Source: Neoechinorhynchus agilis
Taxonomy: Eukaryota; Animalia; Acanthocephala
Reading direction: 5' to 3'
Length of the DNA stretch: 64,000 nt
NCBI GenBank assembly: GCA_051530055.1
Contig: CM121341.1
Span: 11,882,784-11,946,783 of the forward strand
This document shows, in pieces, positions 13,041-24,228 of this stretch (within the stretch, counting starts at the first letter, position 1; every line of letters begins with the position of its first letter). A program made the position numbers and the translations under genes. Under the pieces are notes generated by a model that saw nothing but the letters and a program-made list of their open reading frames with translations, did not search any database and was not told where the DNA came from.

Positions 13041-14515
13041 TGTCGTGTCGTTCCTCAGAATCATTTCAGGTAATGATATACGAGGAGATTGGGTAGTATG
13101 AAAAAAGGAGTGTAGGTATAGGGTGGTGAGCGTAGGTACATGGAGGAGTAGATATGAGTTTGCTTAGTATTCAAAAAAGAGAACAATGCTTAACTCGTTG
13201 AAGGCTCTCCAGTTGCACGATTTTGCACATTAGTTTGCTTTGCTTCCACGAAAACATTGCATTAATCGTAGAAGGCAGCTAGTCTTTCAACGTACGAGAA
13301 GAGGTTGACGACCTACACTGCTCTTGACAGTATGTAGATTTGTCTTTTACGAACTCGTTTAAATACTATTATATATTGTGAAAGTCTAACAGTTTAATAT
13401 CTATCCCAAATGTCCTTACATTAATCAGAAGCGCAGATATAAAATATTAGCGGCTATTTTTCAATCAATTGCCCATAAGTAGTTTTTAGAATATTCTTAG
13501 ATAATCACTTTCCCTTGAACTCAAAACGAAATAATCATTATCCGGTTAAAAAACAAGTCTTTAAAGAGGTTTTTGTTACGCGAAGAATTAACAGAACAGG
13601 GTGCGACACAATGAGCAGAATTGGCGCATTCCAAGTCTCATCAGGGATCGTCAGCATGTGTCACGGGTTGCTTTTGTTACGAGTGGAAATGTGGTCCCTG
13701 GAGCAAGTTAAAAAGTATTAAAAAGAATCCCGACCGACTCAAGGGAGATATTGAAATAAGATATATTTACCAAATCTCCTAAAGACCGGAGCTCATGTTA
13801 TTTTGCGGGGTTATGAGATTTAGGGCTTTTCGCGCATTGAAATTAGGAGAAAAAACTAAGACTCGCTAGAATGTGAGTCCTTTTCTTAAACGAAAGATAC
13901 AGCGAGCATTGCTGATTGCGAAAATGTTTGTATTTTCTAGCCTCGAAGAAAATGAACGCTGCAATATTTATACAATTTTTATTGGTTTAGAAATGCAAAA
14001 ATTTGTAGCTAAAATATTTTTTAGACGATCGGAATTTTTTTACCAGAAACATTTTGTCTTAATATAAAACCATGCAACTCATTCTCAATTTCAAGTATCT
14101 CGCATTAAGTTTTCTTAGAAAGTGTGAAGTCATGTAGTTATGTTCTGGAACAATTTTTTTGACATTTTGCAAAATTAGTAAGTGGAAATTCTGTATAAAT
14201 GTGCAGATAGAATTTAAAATCGTAATTTTTTGTAGAATAATCGCGCAAAGTGTTTAGATGCATGCATTTAAAATTATAATGGCATTCGGCTTAAGTTATT
14301 ATTAGGTAACCGGCATTCGATTTTAAAATCATTTATGGTGTAACAGAAAATGCAAATACGTGAATTAAATCTTTTTATTGCTAGATTTCTTGGTTTTATA
14401 CGTATGAGGAATTCATTTACCTACCGTTTTTACTTTTGGATATTAGTTAACGTATCTACTCCTAAAAATGGATCCAAAAAAGTAATTTTAACCCGACATT
14501 CTTCATTTTTCCTAC

Positions 14516-16576
14516 ATGCTTCGAATTATCAAATACTTAGAATTCGAAGCTGTGATTTCAGACGAGCACCGAATCTTCATGATGAACGTTAGTCCGACAA
14601 AGCCATTAGAACCCATTTTTCTGCAAAGACCGTCTGACATCGGTCCACTGGACATCGCAGCAATGATTGGTTACTTCATCGTACTCGTTCTAGTGTTTTT
14701 ATTTAGCGTTGTTAAAAGTAACCGGTCGGACACCGAAGGATATTTTCTGGCTGATCGGTCCATGAATTGGTTTTTGATTGGCATGTCACTATTTTCCACA
14801 AACATCGGAGCGGAGCATTTTCTCGGGCTATCAGCTTCAGGCGCAAGTAAGGGTATAAGTGCAGCAGCTTTTGAAATCCATGCCATGGGAATCATGCAAC
14901 TTCTTTCCTGGATATTCCTTCCCGTCTTAGTATCAGCACGAGTCAAAACTCTACCAGAGTACTTCTCAGTCAGGTTTGGAGGAACGCGAATTCGAACAGT
15001 TCTCACTGTTGTCTATCTGATGCTCTACCTTTTCACCAAAGTTTCAGTAAATCTTTACGCAGGTGGACTTTTCATGCAAATCGCTTTCAATTTCAATCTT
15101 TATGCTTCAATTATCGGAATACTAGCAATAACGGCGTTATTTACGATTGCGGGTGGATTAACATCAGTCATGTACACAGATACCGTTATGAGTATTGTAA
15201 TGCTCATTGGCGGTGCGGTACTCTCAGTGATGTCAATGAAAAAAGTCGGTGGATTTCGTGGTTTGTACGATTCGCATATGAATTTGAGTAGTGTCTCGAT
15301 TAATGATACGAAGTGTGGCGTTCCTTCAGAGGAAACATTTCAAATGCTTAGAAGTATAGGTGATGCATATATTCCATGGCTTGGATTCATTTTAGGACAT
15401 ACTCCTAACACAATATGGTATTGGTGTTCTGACCAAATGATGGTTCAACGGGTCCTTGCGGCCAAATCTTTAAGTCATGCAAAAGGTGGAACACTATTAA
15501 TTGGATGTCTAAAAATTACACCCTTGTTTCTGATGGTGATAGTGGGGATGGCTTCTCGCGTCCTATACCCACAAACAGTCGGTTGCCTGGATAAAGAAGC
15601 TTGTAAAATCGCATGCGGAAATCCACGCGGATGTGCAAATATAGCATATCCAACTATTGCTCTAGATATTCTCCCAGCTGGATTAAAAGGAATTTCTTTG
15701 GCTGTCATGATATCTGCCTTAATATCCGGTCTTACGTCCCTATTCAATAGTTCCAGTACTCTTTTTACTCTCGATATTTATCGGCTTTTGCGAAAGGAAG
15801 TTAGCAATTTCGAAGTTATGATCGTCGGACGATTATTTGCGTTTGTGTTAATTGTTCTCTCCATTATGTGGATACCACTGGTAATATTGGCAAGTGGAAC
15901 TGATATATACGTGTATATTCAATCAATCAATTCGTTTTTTGCAGCGCCAATCGCGAGCGTGTATTTATTGTCTGTCTTTTGGCATCGAACGACCGAAAAA
16001 GGAACTTTCTTTTCATTGATAATTGGCTTGCTTATAGGAGCGACAAGGATGATCCTTGAACTCACTGTGCCGCCACCACTTTGTGGAGAACAAGACAAGC
16101 GATTCAGTTTCGTAAAAAACGTCAACTTCATCTACTTCTCACTTTTTTCGTTTCTGCTCACATCAATTATAAATATAGTCGTTTCAATGCTAACAACACC
16201 TACCGATTATGGCCGGTACGTAAAGAACAACACTTTCTGGACGAGACTGACGAAAAAAGAGTACCTTTGCGTAGATATAGATAGATCAACTTCGAGCATT
16301 CAAAATCAAGTCGAACCAGAGGAATCGGATGTAGAAAAAAGGGATAGTATAAAAGACAAATTAGTCCATGCAATTTATTGCATATGTGGGGTAAATAAAA
16401 AAGAAGCTCGAGATGTCGATTACCGAATCGTTCTCGCAAAATTCAATGAAGCAGCTCAGTCAACAGCGTCAAAGCGTCTCACGTGGACAATTCTCTGCGT
16501 GTTGCTCCTTTTTCAAGTACTAATCTTTGTTATTTTTTCAGAAAAGTCACTTTTGCTATTTAAAAGAAAAATATAA
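14516..16576 (+). CDS. Sodium:solute symporter of the SLC5/SGLT-SMIT family, single exon, ~686 aa (start codon uncertain)
   Basis: GYFLADRSMNWFLIGMSLFSTNIGAEHFLGLSASGA, WYWCSDQMMVQRVLAAKSLSHAKGG, FNSSSTLFTLDIY; many TM segments. Confidence 0.93.
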   Translation: MLRIIKYLEFEAVISDEHRIFMMNVSPTKPLEPIFLQRPSDIGPLDIAAMIGYFIVLVLVFLFSVVKSNRSDTEGYFLADRSMNWFLIGMSLFSTNIGAEHFLGLSASGASKGISAAAFEIHAMGIMQLLSWIFLPVLVSARVKTLPEYFSVRFGGTRIRTVLTVVYLMLYLFTKVSVNLYAGGLFMQIAFNFNLYASIIGILAITALFTIAGGLTSVMYTDTVMSIVMLIGGAVLSVMSMKKVGGFRGLYDSHMNLSSVSINDTKCGVPSEETFQMLRSIGDAYIPWLGFILGHTPNTIWYWCSDQMMVQRVLAAKSLSHAKGGTLLIGCLKITPLFLMVIVGMASRVLYPQTVGCLDKEACKIACGNPRGCANIAYPTIALDILPAGLKGISLAVMISALISGLTSLFNSSSTLFTLDIYRLLRKEVSNFEVMIVGRLFAFVLIVLSIMWIPLVILASGTDIYVYIQSINSFFAAPIASVYLLSVFWHRTTEKGTFFSLIIGLLIGATRMILELTVPPPLCGEQDKRFSFVKNVNFIYFSLFSFLLTSIINIVVSMLTTPTDYGRYVKNNTFWTRLTKKEYLCVDIDRSTSSIQNQVEPEESDVEKRDSIKDKLVHAIYCICGVNKKEARDVDYRIVLAKFNEAAQSTASKRLTWTILCVLLLFQVLIFVIFSEKSLLLFKRKI

Positions 16577-16609
16577 TAACATTATTTTAGATAAATGCTT
16601 GTTTGATTG

Positions 16610-17260
16610 AACATTTGTCACAAGTCTCCACTAGAGAATCAGGTGCTTGGTTGAACGAGGTCCCTCTGGCACCCGTGGGCACTCTCCTCTCCGACGAGGC
16701 AGTACGGGTCGGAGTTTCAATGAGACTAGAACTATCGATGAGTCACCCCCACCGTTGCCGCTGCGGTGCAAATCTGGATTCGTCGGGATGTCATGGTCTC
16801 ATCTGTAGAAAATCAGCCGGCAGATTCGCGAGACATGCTGAAATTAACATGGTGCTGAACCAGGCATTTGTTACGGTACATGCCCCCCCAATATTTTGGA
16901 TCTGTAGGGACGACGGGCGTAGACCTGATAAGGTGACCGCAATTCGCAACTCGTGTCGATACACTCGCGGCCAACAATCTTAAGTTCTCGGCGGTTCAAG
17001 CTGGAGGTACAGCAAGCGCGGCGGAAGGACGGAGGCTTTGGGGGTTGAGACCTACGGATCTCTTGGTAGCGAGGCTCTTCGACTCCTGAGGGATCTGAAG
17101 CGACGCCTTCAGGTTATAAGCGGTGATGCAAGGTCAGGTCAATACCTGGTTCAAAATATCGGCATCGCCGTGTTGGGAGGCAACACTGCAAGCGTTCGGG
17201 CGACAGTTGAGGACGAGAACGGCGAATAATTATGTTTATATCTTCAAAATAAAACCTATG
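16610..17260 (+). mobile_element. 3' fragment of CRE-like RLE retrotransposon, inserted just after the SLC5 stop
   Basis: STRESGAWLNEVPLAPVGTLLSDEAVRVGVSMRL, CCHC knuckle HRCRCG...HGLIC, RRPD, GVETYGSLG, QNIGIAVLGGNTASV. Confidence 0.85.
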
Positions 17261-17608
17261 ATTTAAAAACCTATTGTAGGTGCCGCCGGAAAATAAAATG
17301 ATTTCCCAAAATTACCGGTTACTCGTGCACTCATGGAAAGCTTACATTAATAAAGAGCCAGTTGACGCGAGACGATGCCAAAAACTGTTAAATTTAAGCC
17401 ACTGAAATCAATCAAGATTCCACAATTTTATTGGCTAATATTAATTTCATGCTCAACGTAAAATCTGGCTAACAATTGGTTACACAAAAAAGGGTCTCAT
17501 TCCGATTCACATTTTATGATGCCTTGTTGGCTTGCATGAATAGGCTGCTGCGGCCTACTTAAATCCCTCGAGCATTGTGCAAAATATTCAAATCGTGATC
17601 TGCACGGA

Positions 17609-18522
17609 TCTTGCAAAAAATCTATCTTAGCACTTTAAATGAACCTTTGAATCTTTTAGCTCTTTTCGAAAATTATCGTCTAAATCAAGTGGAACCTGCG
17701 TTAGCCTTACAAGTCCACAAAGAATTCTCAGAGTTAAATATTGATAACGTAGGATTCAATTTCATCGTTTCTTTAACAAAGAAACCGCCTCGGAGACCGT
17801 CTCCGTCTGTTACAATATCCAGAAGATGAAAAGTGCTTAGGAATTCAGTCAAAAACATTCCACCGCCTTCGAGAGATTTTAAGAGGCTACTGAACACTTC
17901 TACGGGAATGCTGTTTCCGGTTGGAATTTCGCTTAGCACTTTTAGCTGTTTCAGTGCATTGACCGTTGGTGAGTCTCTACATGAAGTCTTCCCCCCTTTT
18001 AGTTCGACTCATCCGGTCATTTACAAAAATATTCGTGAACTTTATCGTCCAAGGCGCATGTCTGGTTCATATTTACAAAGCTTTCACCATGATGAGCGCG
18101 GTCGTAGAGGACTTTCTTTACAAATCGCTTGATCATTCGACAAACCTCGAGGTGGTTTTGTCTTAATCGCTTTATTTCAGATTGCAAGTTAAACGAAAAT
18201 CGACACCTTTTTCGATAGTCATTGTTGTCGAATCTTAAAACTCGCTTCCTTACTGCATTTCTATTCGTCTAAACTTTTAATCTTTTCGCGCTGTCTCGTT
18301 CTAAAATGGCCGCATTCAGCTTTATTATTTCGATTGTAACTTTAGCGAAATCCGTTATCTTTAGAGAACACTCCATTAAGGAGCGTGCAATCGATATGAA
18401 TTCTTCTTTTATAAAATCTTCATTGTAAATCATCGAACAGGCGCCATGCTGATCATTGAAATCGGTGACCTTCATGGTTTGTTGGCGTCGTCTGAATTGA
18501 TTTAGACGACCAAAGATTCTAA
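17609..18522. repeat. Dispersed ~0.92-kb duplication, copy 2
   Basis: Near-identical to 8524-9454, same orientation. Confidence 0.95.
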
Positions 18523-19212
18523 TTGTTATATAGTATTAAATAATTTCTTATTGATGTTATTATTGTTTTATATTGAAAAATGAAACTGCTCGTGATTGTT
18601 GTGTAGTGGCGACAAAATTTTGTTTCAATAAATATACAAAATCGTGTAGCCACTATACAACAGTTATATTGTTGGCAATATTTCCGTAATAAGATTTATT
18701 ATATTGTTGGCCATTCTTAAGTGCGATGGCGCATTTAACAATTATACTAGTACTATTTTAAGATATTTTCTGGCATGCAACCTTGTTACTTTTGATCCGA
18801 AGTGCATGGAAGCTACCATTCCACTTGGATCTCTATATTTTATATGCTAACCAAAAGCATAAATTGCACTAACTGTCAGTTGAAAATCTTATATTAAAAT
18901 GCATTTAATATTTTATAAATGTGCACTTTGCCGTTCTGTTTAATTTCTTTTCAATATTGTTTAATTGAAACAACCGGTTGTAGCGTTGTGCTTTGCATTG
19001 ACGTAAACATTGACCCTCAGAAAACAAAAGCCTGCAAGTCGGAATGCTTTAAGTTTTATTTTTTGTTTTGCTTAAATATTGACTTTAAAGGGCAAACTTT
19101 TTATTTGTCTCGTTTGGTTCCCTTGTTTGGACATAGCTTTTCTATAAGAAACAACCTTAGTCTGACTGTTACTCGTTTCCTTCCTTTCGCTACGAGAAAA
19201 TCAGTGAAAAGC

Positions 19213-19582
19213 ATGGACGGGAACACTTTCATTGCTACTTCGGAAATCCAGAGAATCGTAGACCAACAGAAAAGGGCTATTTGCAGGGCTACGGGGGAGT
19301 CAATTTACACCTATCTCGTGGTCCGTGAGCATTTTCTGCTACATGCCCAGGATGGAATGTGTGTAGCCCGTGTTAATGTAAGTGACCCCGCGGTTATTGT
19401 TTCTCTAAACTTTTGTCGTATAGATTGAAACTTTTGACGGAAGCTGCTGCGTAATCCTGATGACAATCCGTGAATCTACTAAGGGATACATCAAGGGTCG
19501 CTTCTTTCACTTCATTGGTAGACGATGGCCTGCCCGGAACAATATAGATTCCGTTGGTTTGTTTGCAGAACGCTCGAATTGA
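19213..19582 (+). CDS. Small uncharacterised two-exon protein (~107 aa)
   Basis: ATG at 19213; 46-nt GTAAGT...TAG intron (19378-19423) joins two frames into one ORF ending at TGA 19580-19582; no recognisable family. Confidence 0.55.
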
Positions 19583-19799
19583 GCGCAACTACAATATCGC
19601 CGTCATGGCGCTGTGTTTCTACTTAGATATAATATTATTTATATTCTAAAACATGCAATTTTGCCCCTTTTCTATATGAGTATAATTTAAATATATGTTA
19701 TTCGTGTTTTTGTTTTACATAGATTTAAGACGGCCCTTTTTATTTATGTCTTGAATCAGTGGCAGTTATTATAGAAATGAAATTTTACATTTAAAAGAA

Positions 19800-20600
19800 A
19801 TACCGAAATCGAGTATGTTTAAGGAAGCTTTTGATTACCAAAATCGAATAATCAATCAAAATTTTGGTCGGATTAAACGTTTGCTTGTGCTTCTAGAGAA
19901 TTTAGGTGTAGAAAATCGAGACTATGGTTAAATATCTCTAGAATAGCTTAAAAGTATAAGATTTTAAAAATTATGAAAACGAATTAAGCCTGTATCGACC
20001 TTCAAAAATCACGTAAGATCGAGGTACTAAAACTTATGTGAAGAAGACGAATTAAGAACAAGCGATAGAGACGAGAAATTCGACCTCGTTTATTCAAAGA
20101 CCTTTTATATCCGAATTGATTATAAATCGGACATCTACCAATCCTTAAGAGTGAAGCAAGACCGGAATCTTCAAGAGTATGGTGAGTATAATCAAGTGAT
20201 CATCCTATTATCTCAATATTTATATCGCAAGATCAAAATGGATGAAGATGATTTCAGCTGACTATTGAGTGTTTCGTATTAAAATGATGTGACTATTCAT
20301 GCCTAAATTAATGATTATGCAATCAAACTTAAAAAGTTTGGATAGATAAAACCGCATAAATTTACCGTCACATAGATCAAATGTTAAACCAGAATTTATA
20401 GTATAATAATTTAGATCAAACCCTTTAAGTCTTCACTCTTAATCGATATGTTGTGTCCCAAAAAACTTAAAGATATTATACCAATCCATGAAATATACAC
20501 ATATGAGCAATTCGAAAACTCTTTAATCAAAATAAGATTTGCAGGTTATATTTCGAAGTCAAAATCCAGTATTGTGAGTAACTCCAATGGTACAATAAAA
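19800..20600 (+). pseudogene. Possible decayed gag-like remnant
   Basis: Stop-riddled coding-like sequence (e.g. YQSLRVKQDRNLQEYGEY); family assignment is weak. Confidence 0.25.
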
Positions 20601-20749
20601 TAGCGCTTATTATGAAAGACTAAGACAATATATAGTGCAAATAATTTTGCATTCTAATTAGTTCCGATGATTTTCTTGACGCATGTAAAAGACATGACTT
20701 AAGAAATTAAAAATTAAACGCAAGAATTACCGAAATTAAAATGGAAATA

Positions 20750-21870
20750 TTCGTGCAACTGGATATTTCCAGGGCGTTCGAGTCGGTCGATCACTCCCTT
20801 CTCCTCCAATCATGTGCTTCCTTTGGCCTCCCAACCTGGCAACTCGCTTGGATTTCCTCTTTCCTCTCCGACGGCAAACAATATATTGAATGTGGAACTT
20901 CTTGCTCCTCTTCTCTGCCCATATTTAAAGGGGTCCCCCAAGACGCCGTACTTTCCCCTCTCCTCTTTGACATTTTTCTAAATGACCTTCATCCCCTCAC
21001 TTCCCCTACCAAACATTATCTTTATGCATATGACCTCACAGTCATTACCATCGCATCTCTCTCCCTCTCCACTACCATGGACGAGCTCAACCATCCCATT
21101 TCCTCGCTCTCCATCCTTAAACTATCCCTAAATTTATCCAAATCTTTTGAGCTTGTCCCCCACATTTCCAAACGCAATCTTATATCCGCGCCTCTCCCTC
21201 TCCCCATCCAACGCTCCTGTTCTCTCCGAATACTGGGCCTGACTTTCCAAGAAAACCTTAAATGGGATGCCCACATTTCATTTACCCTCTCAAAAGCAAA
21301 CCCTCATCTTTACCTTCTCAAACTCCTCCGGCGTCTCGGCGTATCCCCTAAACACCTTGCTCACTTTTATCTCTCTGCCATCCTTTCTATCCTTACATGC
21401 GCCTTCCCCACTTTCCTCGCCCTTTCCACCAATGCTCTCCATTCCCTCGAAACCTTCCACAAGAGAGCGGCGAGAATATGCGGAACTTCACTCCCTCCCC
21501 TCGACGCCTACCTCCACTCCATTTTCTCCAAAAACGCCCTCCGTCTTCTTCAACCCCCTACACAATTTTCTTCCTTCATCTCTAAATACTCTTCGTTCGT
21601 AAACACCCGTAACCCAGACCTTTTTTCATCCTCCCCTCGCTCGTACCACCCTCTACCAAAAATCTTTCCTCCCCCAAGCCCAGTCTTTCCTTAACAACCG
21701 GAGAACAAGGAAAGACTCCCAATAGGTCATCTCCTGTAAAACTCCTTCAAAGACAAGTCCCACCTCCCTGCCTCAACATCCGACATCCAGACATCTTCAG
21801 CAAAGATAGATGCTGGCAAGTGTATGGATCGTACTTTTCTTAAATTAATAAAACGTGTTTATATAAATAA
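20750..21870 (+). mobile_element. 5'-truncated L2-like LINE (RT C-terminal half plus 3' UTR), copy D
   Basis: LDISRAFESVDHSLLL, GVPQDAVLSPLLF, YAYD (decayed YADD), LRILGLTFQENLKWDAHI; 3' hairpin and AATAAAACGTGTTT tail; same family as 61918-64000. Confidence 0.9.
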
Positions 21871-22129
21871 GACTGCAAGAGATAGCAAGACAAAAGCTTC
21901 AATTGGCCGAAAGAATAAAAATGACGACGACTTTGCGGCATTAATCATTTAAGTGGAAATTTATCAAGTTTTGCGTATGACAAAGCAATAAACCGAGTAA
22001 CAAAACGAACCACGTGCTAGGAAAATGTCTAAAAATTGGCTAAAAGTGAAAGATGATCTATTTTTGGTAGCATACTTTTTATGTTAGTGAAAATAATCGA
22101 TGGAAATTGCTGTATGAAAGAGCTTGAAG

Positions 22130-23340
22130 GGGATGTAGTCTGCGGGACTTGGCTGGTAGAAGGGTTGGATATGTTTCTGAGCGGATTTTGAGTGAGTGGC
22201 AATGTTTGATTCTGCCAACGTACAGTGGGGATTTTCGGATGTGTCCAAAATTTACATGTGAGTTCTGAGAGTAGGTTTAGGTTTGTAATAAGTTAGTGGA
22301 AGGGGAGAGAAGACGGTTGTGAATGGGCGAATGATGGATGGAGTTCACAGTTTGAAGTGAGCGGTTTAGGTATATTCGGTATGGTAGAGAGGAATTGACA
22401 AGAAGCGCTTTTGAAGGAAGGAGGATGCGGTGTTTGGTAGATGTAAAGTGATTTTGAGTTGACGAGGACGGGGTCCATTAGAGTTTTTGTTGGGGATGCG
22501 TTGAAAGTAGACCGGGGAAGGAAAGAGAAAAAAGGATTCGGGAAAGAGTTGTCGACAGACAATATTAAGGTGATGAATGTAATCTTTCTGAAGGTCTAAT
22601 CTGGATAATGTTGTGATTTGGGAGATACCTGAGAGGAAGATGTTAATTGTAGGTCCGTAGTTGGATGATATGTTATGATAGTTTTCGTTGATGCAGGCCT
22701 GTTGCGGTGTTTGTTGAGGAAGATTGGTTTTGTGGTAGGCATCAGTGGTGGAGGTGTATGGATGTTTTCGAACTAAAAGTCTTGTGGGAGAAGATTCTTT
22801 GCGTAAATAATCAAAGAAGGTGGGGAGTTTTAAGACAGTTTCGTGGGCAGTTTTGAGAGCGTTAGGTGGGGAGCTTTGGGAGTTTCGAGATGTTTGGGAG
22901 AGGTGGGTCGAATTCAGAGCAACGAGATATGATGGCCGGGGTGGAGAAGGCGTATCATTACCGAAATGAATCAGAGGGTTGATGGATTTTGATGGTGTTG
23001 GTTTCAACCTTATATCCTTATAGTTATTTGCTTCTCCTTTTGCTCTAGTTCCTACTCGTTCAAATATTTCATCGACCTTCTGTTCAACCGTAGCTTTCTG
23101 AGTAGTTAATGAAGGTGAATCGCTTTCGATTTTCCTATCGTTACCTTTTATCCCAGTCACAATATCATACACCTCAACAGTTAAAAGCTGAATATCCTCT
23201 AGGGGTGGTACCAAGTTCCTAGTAAAAGTCGAAATATTCTCAGTCTTTAGAACACCATTCGTTTCCAACAAATCTTCATTCGAGTTCAGCATAGTGATGG
23301 AATCTAGAAAAACCTTATTCTCCTTTGTGGTCGCTTCACT
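22130..23340 (-). mobile_element. 5' part (ORF1-like, 308 aa) of a LINE, probably L2/CR1 group
   Basis: Coiled-coil-like N-terminus plus RIPNKNSNGPRPRQLKITL motif typical of LINE ORF1 C-termini; C/A-rich composition. Confidence 0.55.
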
Positions 23341-23546
23341 ATCCGATTTCAGTAAACCTTTAGTCTATTTCTTAGAATTCCCCTCGGAAACCTGTTAGAT
23401 GCTTCATAACCGTTTTTATTATTTTTTATGAACCGCACGTTCATTCGACACCACGTACAAACAAATAACTGCACGATATGGCTATCAACCGATCGATATT
23501 AGTTAATACGCAACAAAACCTTTGTTTGCGTCTTTGAACCGTTACA

Positions 23547-24003
23547 CTAATTCTCTTTGTGCTTCTTGATATCGACCAACTCTTCACTGTGAGGAGCTTC
23601 CATTTCGCATTGAATATTCTCCGCTAATATATCCCTAACTGCGCTCAACGCTTCAATTAATGAGCCCTTTAAAGTTTCAGTAACTCGCTCAAAGCATTTA
23701 TCTAGTGCGACATCAATAAGAGTGGAATACTTTGATTTGAGCAGAGAGAGGAAGAGGAATCCAATTAAACTCCGAACGAGCTTAGAAATTTTCCATTGGA
23801 TTTTTCCTGAAATTTGGTGGCCCACCCATCTTGTTACATCGTCGCGGTTCAAAAAGTATCTATCCAATGTCGGGTTTTGTCATGATAATTTTGATCTGGT
23901 CCAGAAATCGTTTAAGATTCTTCCACGTTATCGTATTTCTCAATTCAACTCGGCATAGAGGTCGATAAGAGAGGCACTCCGACAAGTCTCGCGCACTGCT
24001 CAT
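23547..24003 (-). CDS. Candidate small protein (~125 aa) requiring removal of an 82-nt hairpin insertion (23790-23871)
   Basis: ATG at 24003 opens MSSARDL...IMTKP; the frame shifts across an imperfect hairpin and resumes ISKLVRSLIGFLFLSLL...KEN*; no homology recognised. Confidence 0.35.
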
Positions 24004-24228
24004 TGATTTGTTATGCGAAATACGATAACCATTCATTTATTTACATAGACATTATAAAACATGCTATTAAAAATCATCAATAACTACAAAATGCGACGTA
24101 CACTGCAAAGACAAAACAAAACCTTGCATGATTCTTTTGTAACCAAAAGTAGTTGTTTCTTTCGTTTCGCGGTCAACCGTTGAAGCGCACACATTACCTT
24201 TTTCATCGTTGCATTTGAATTTTCCCTC

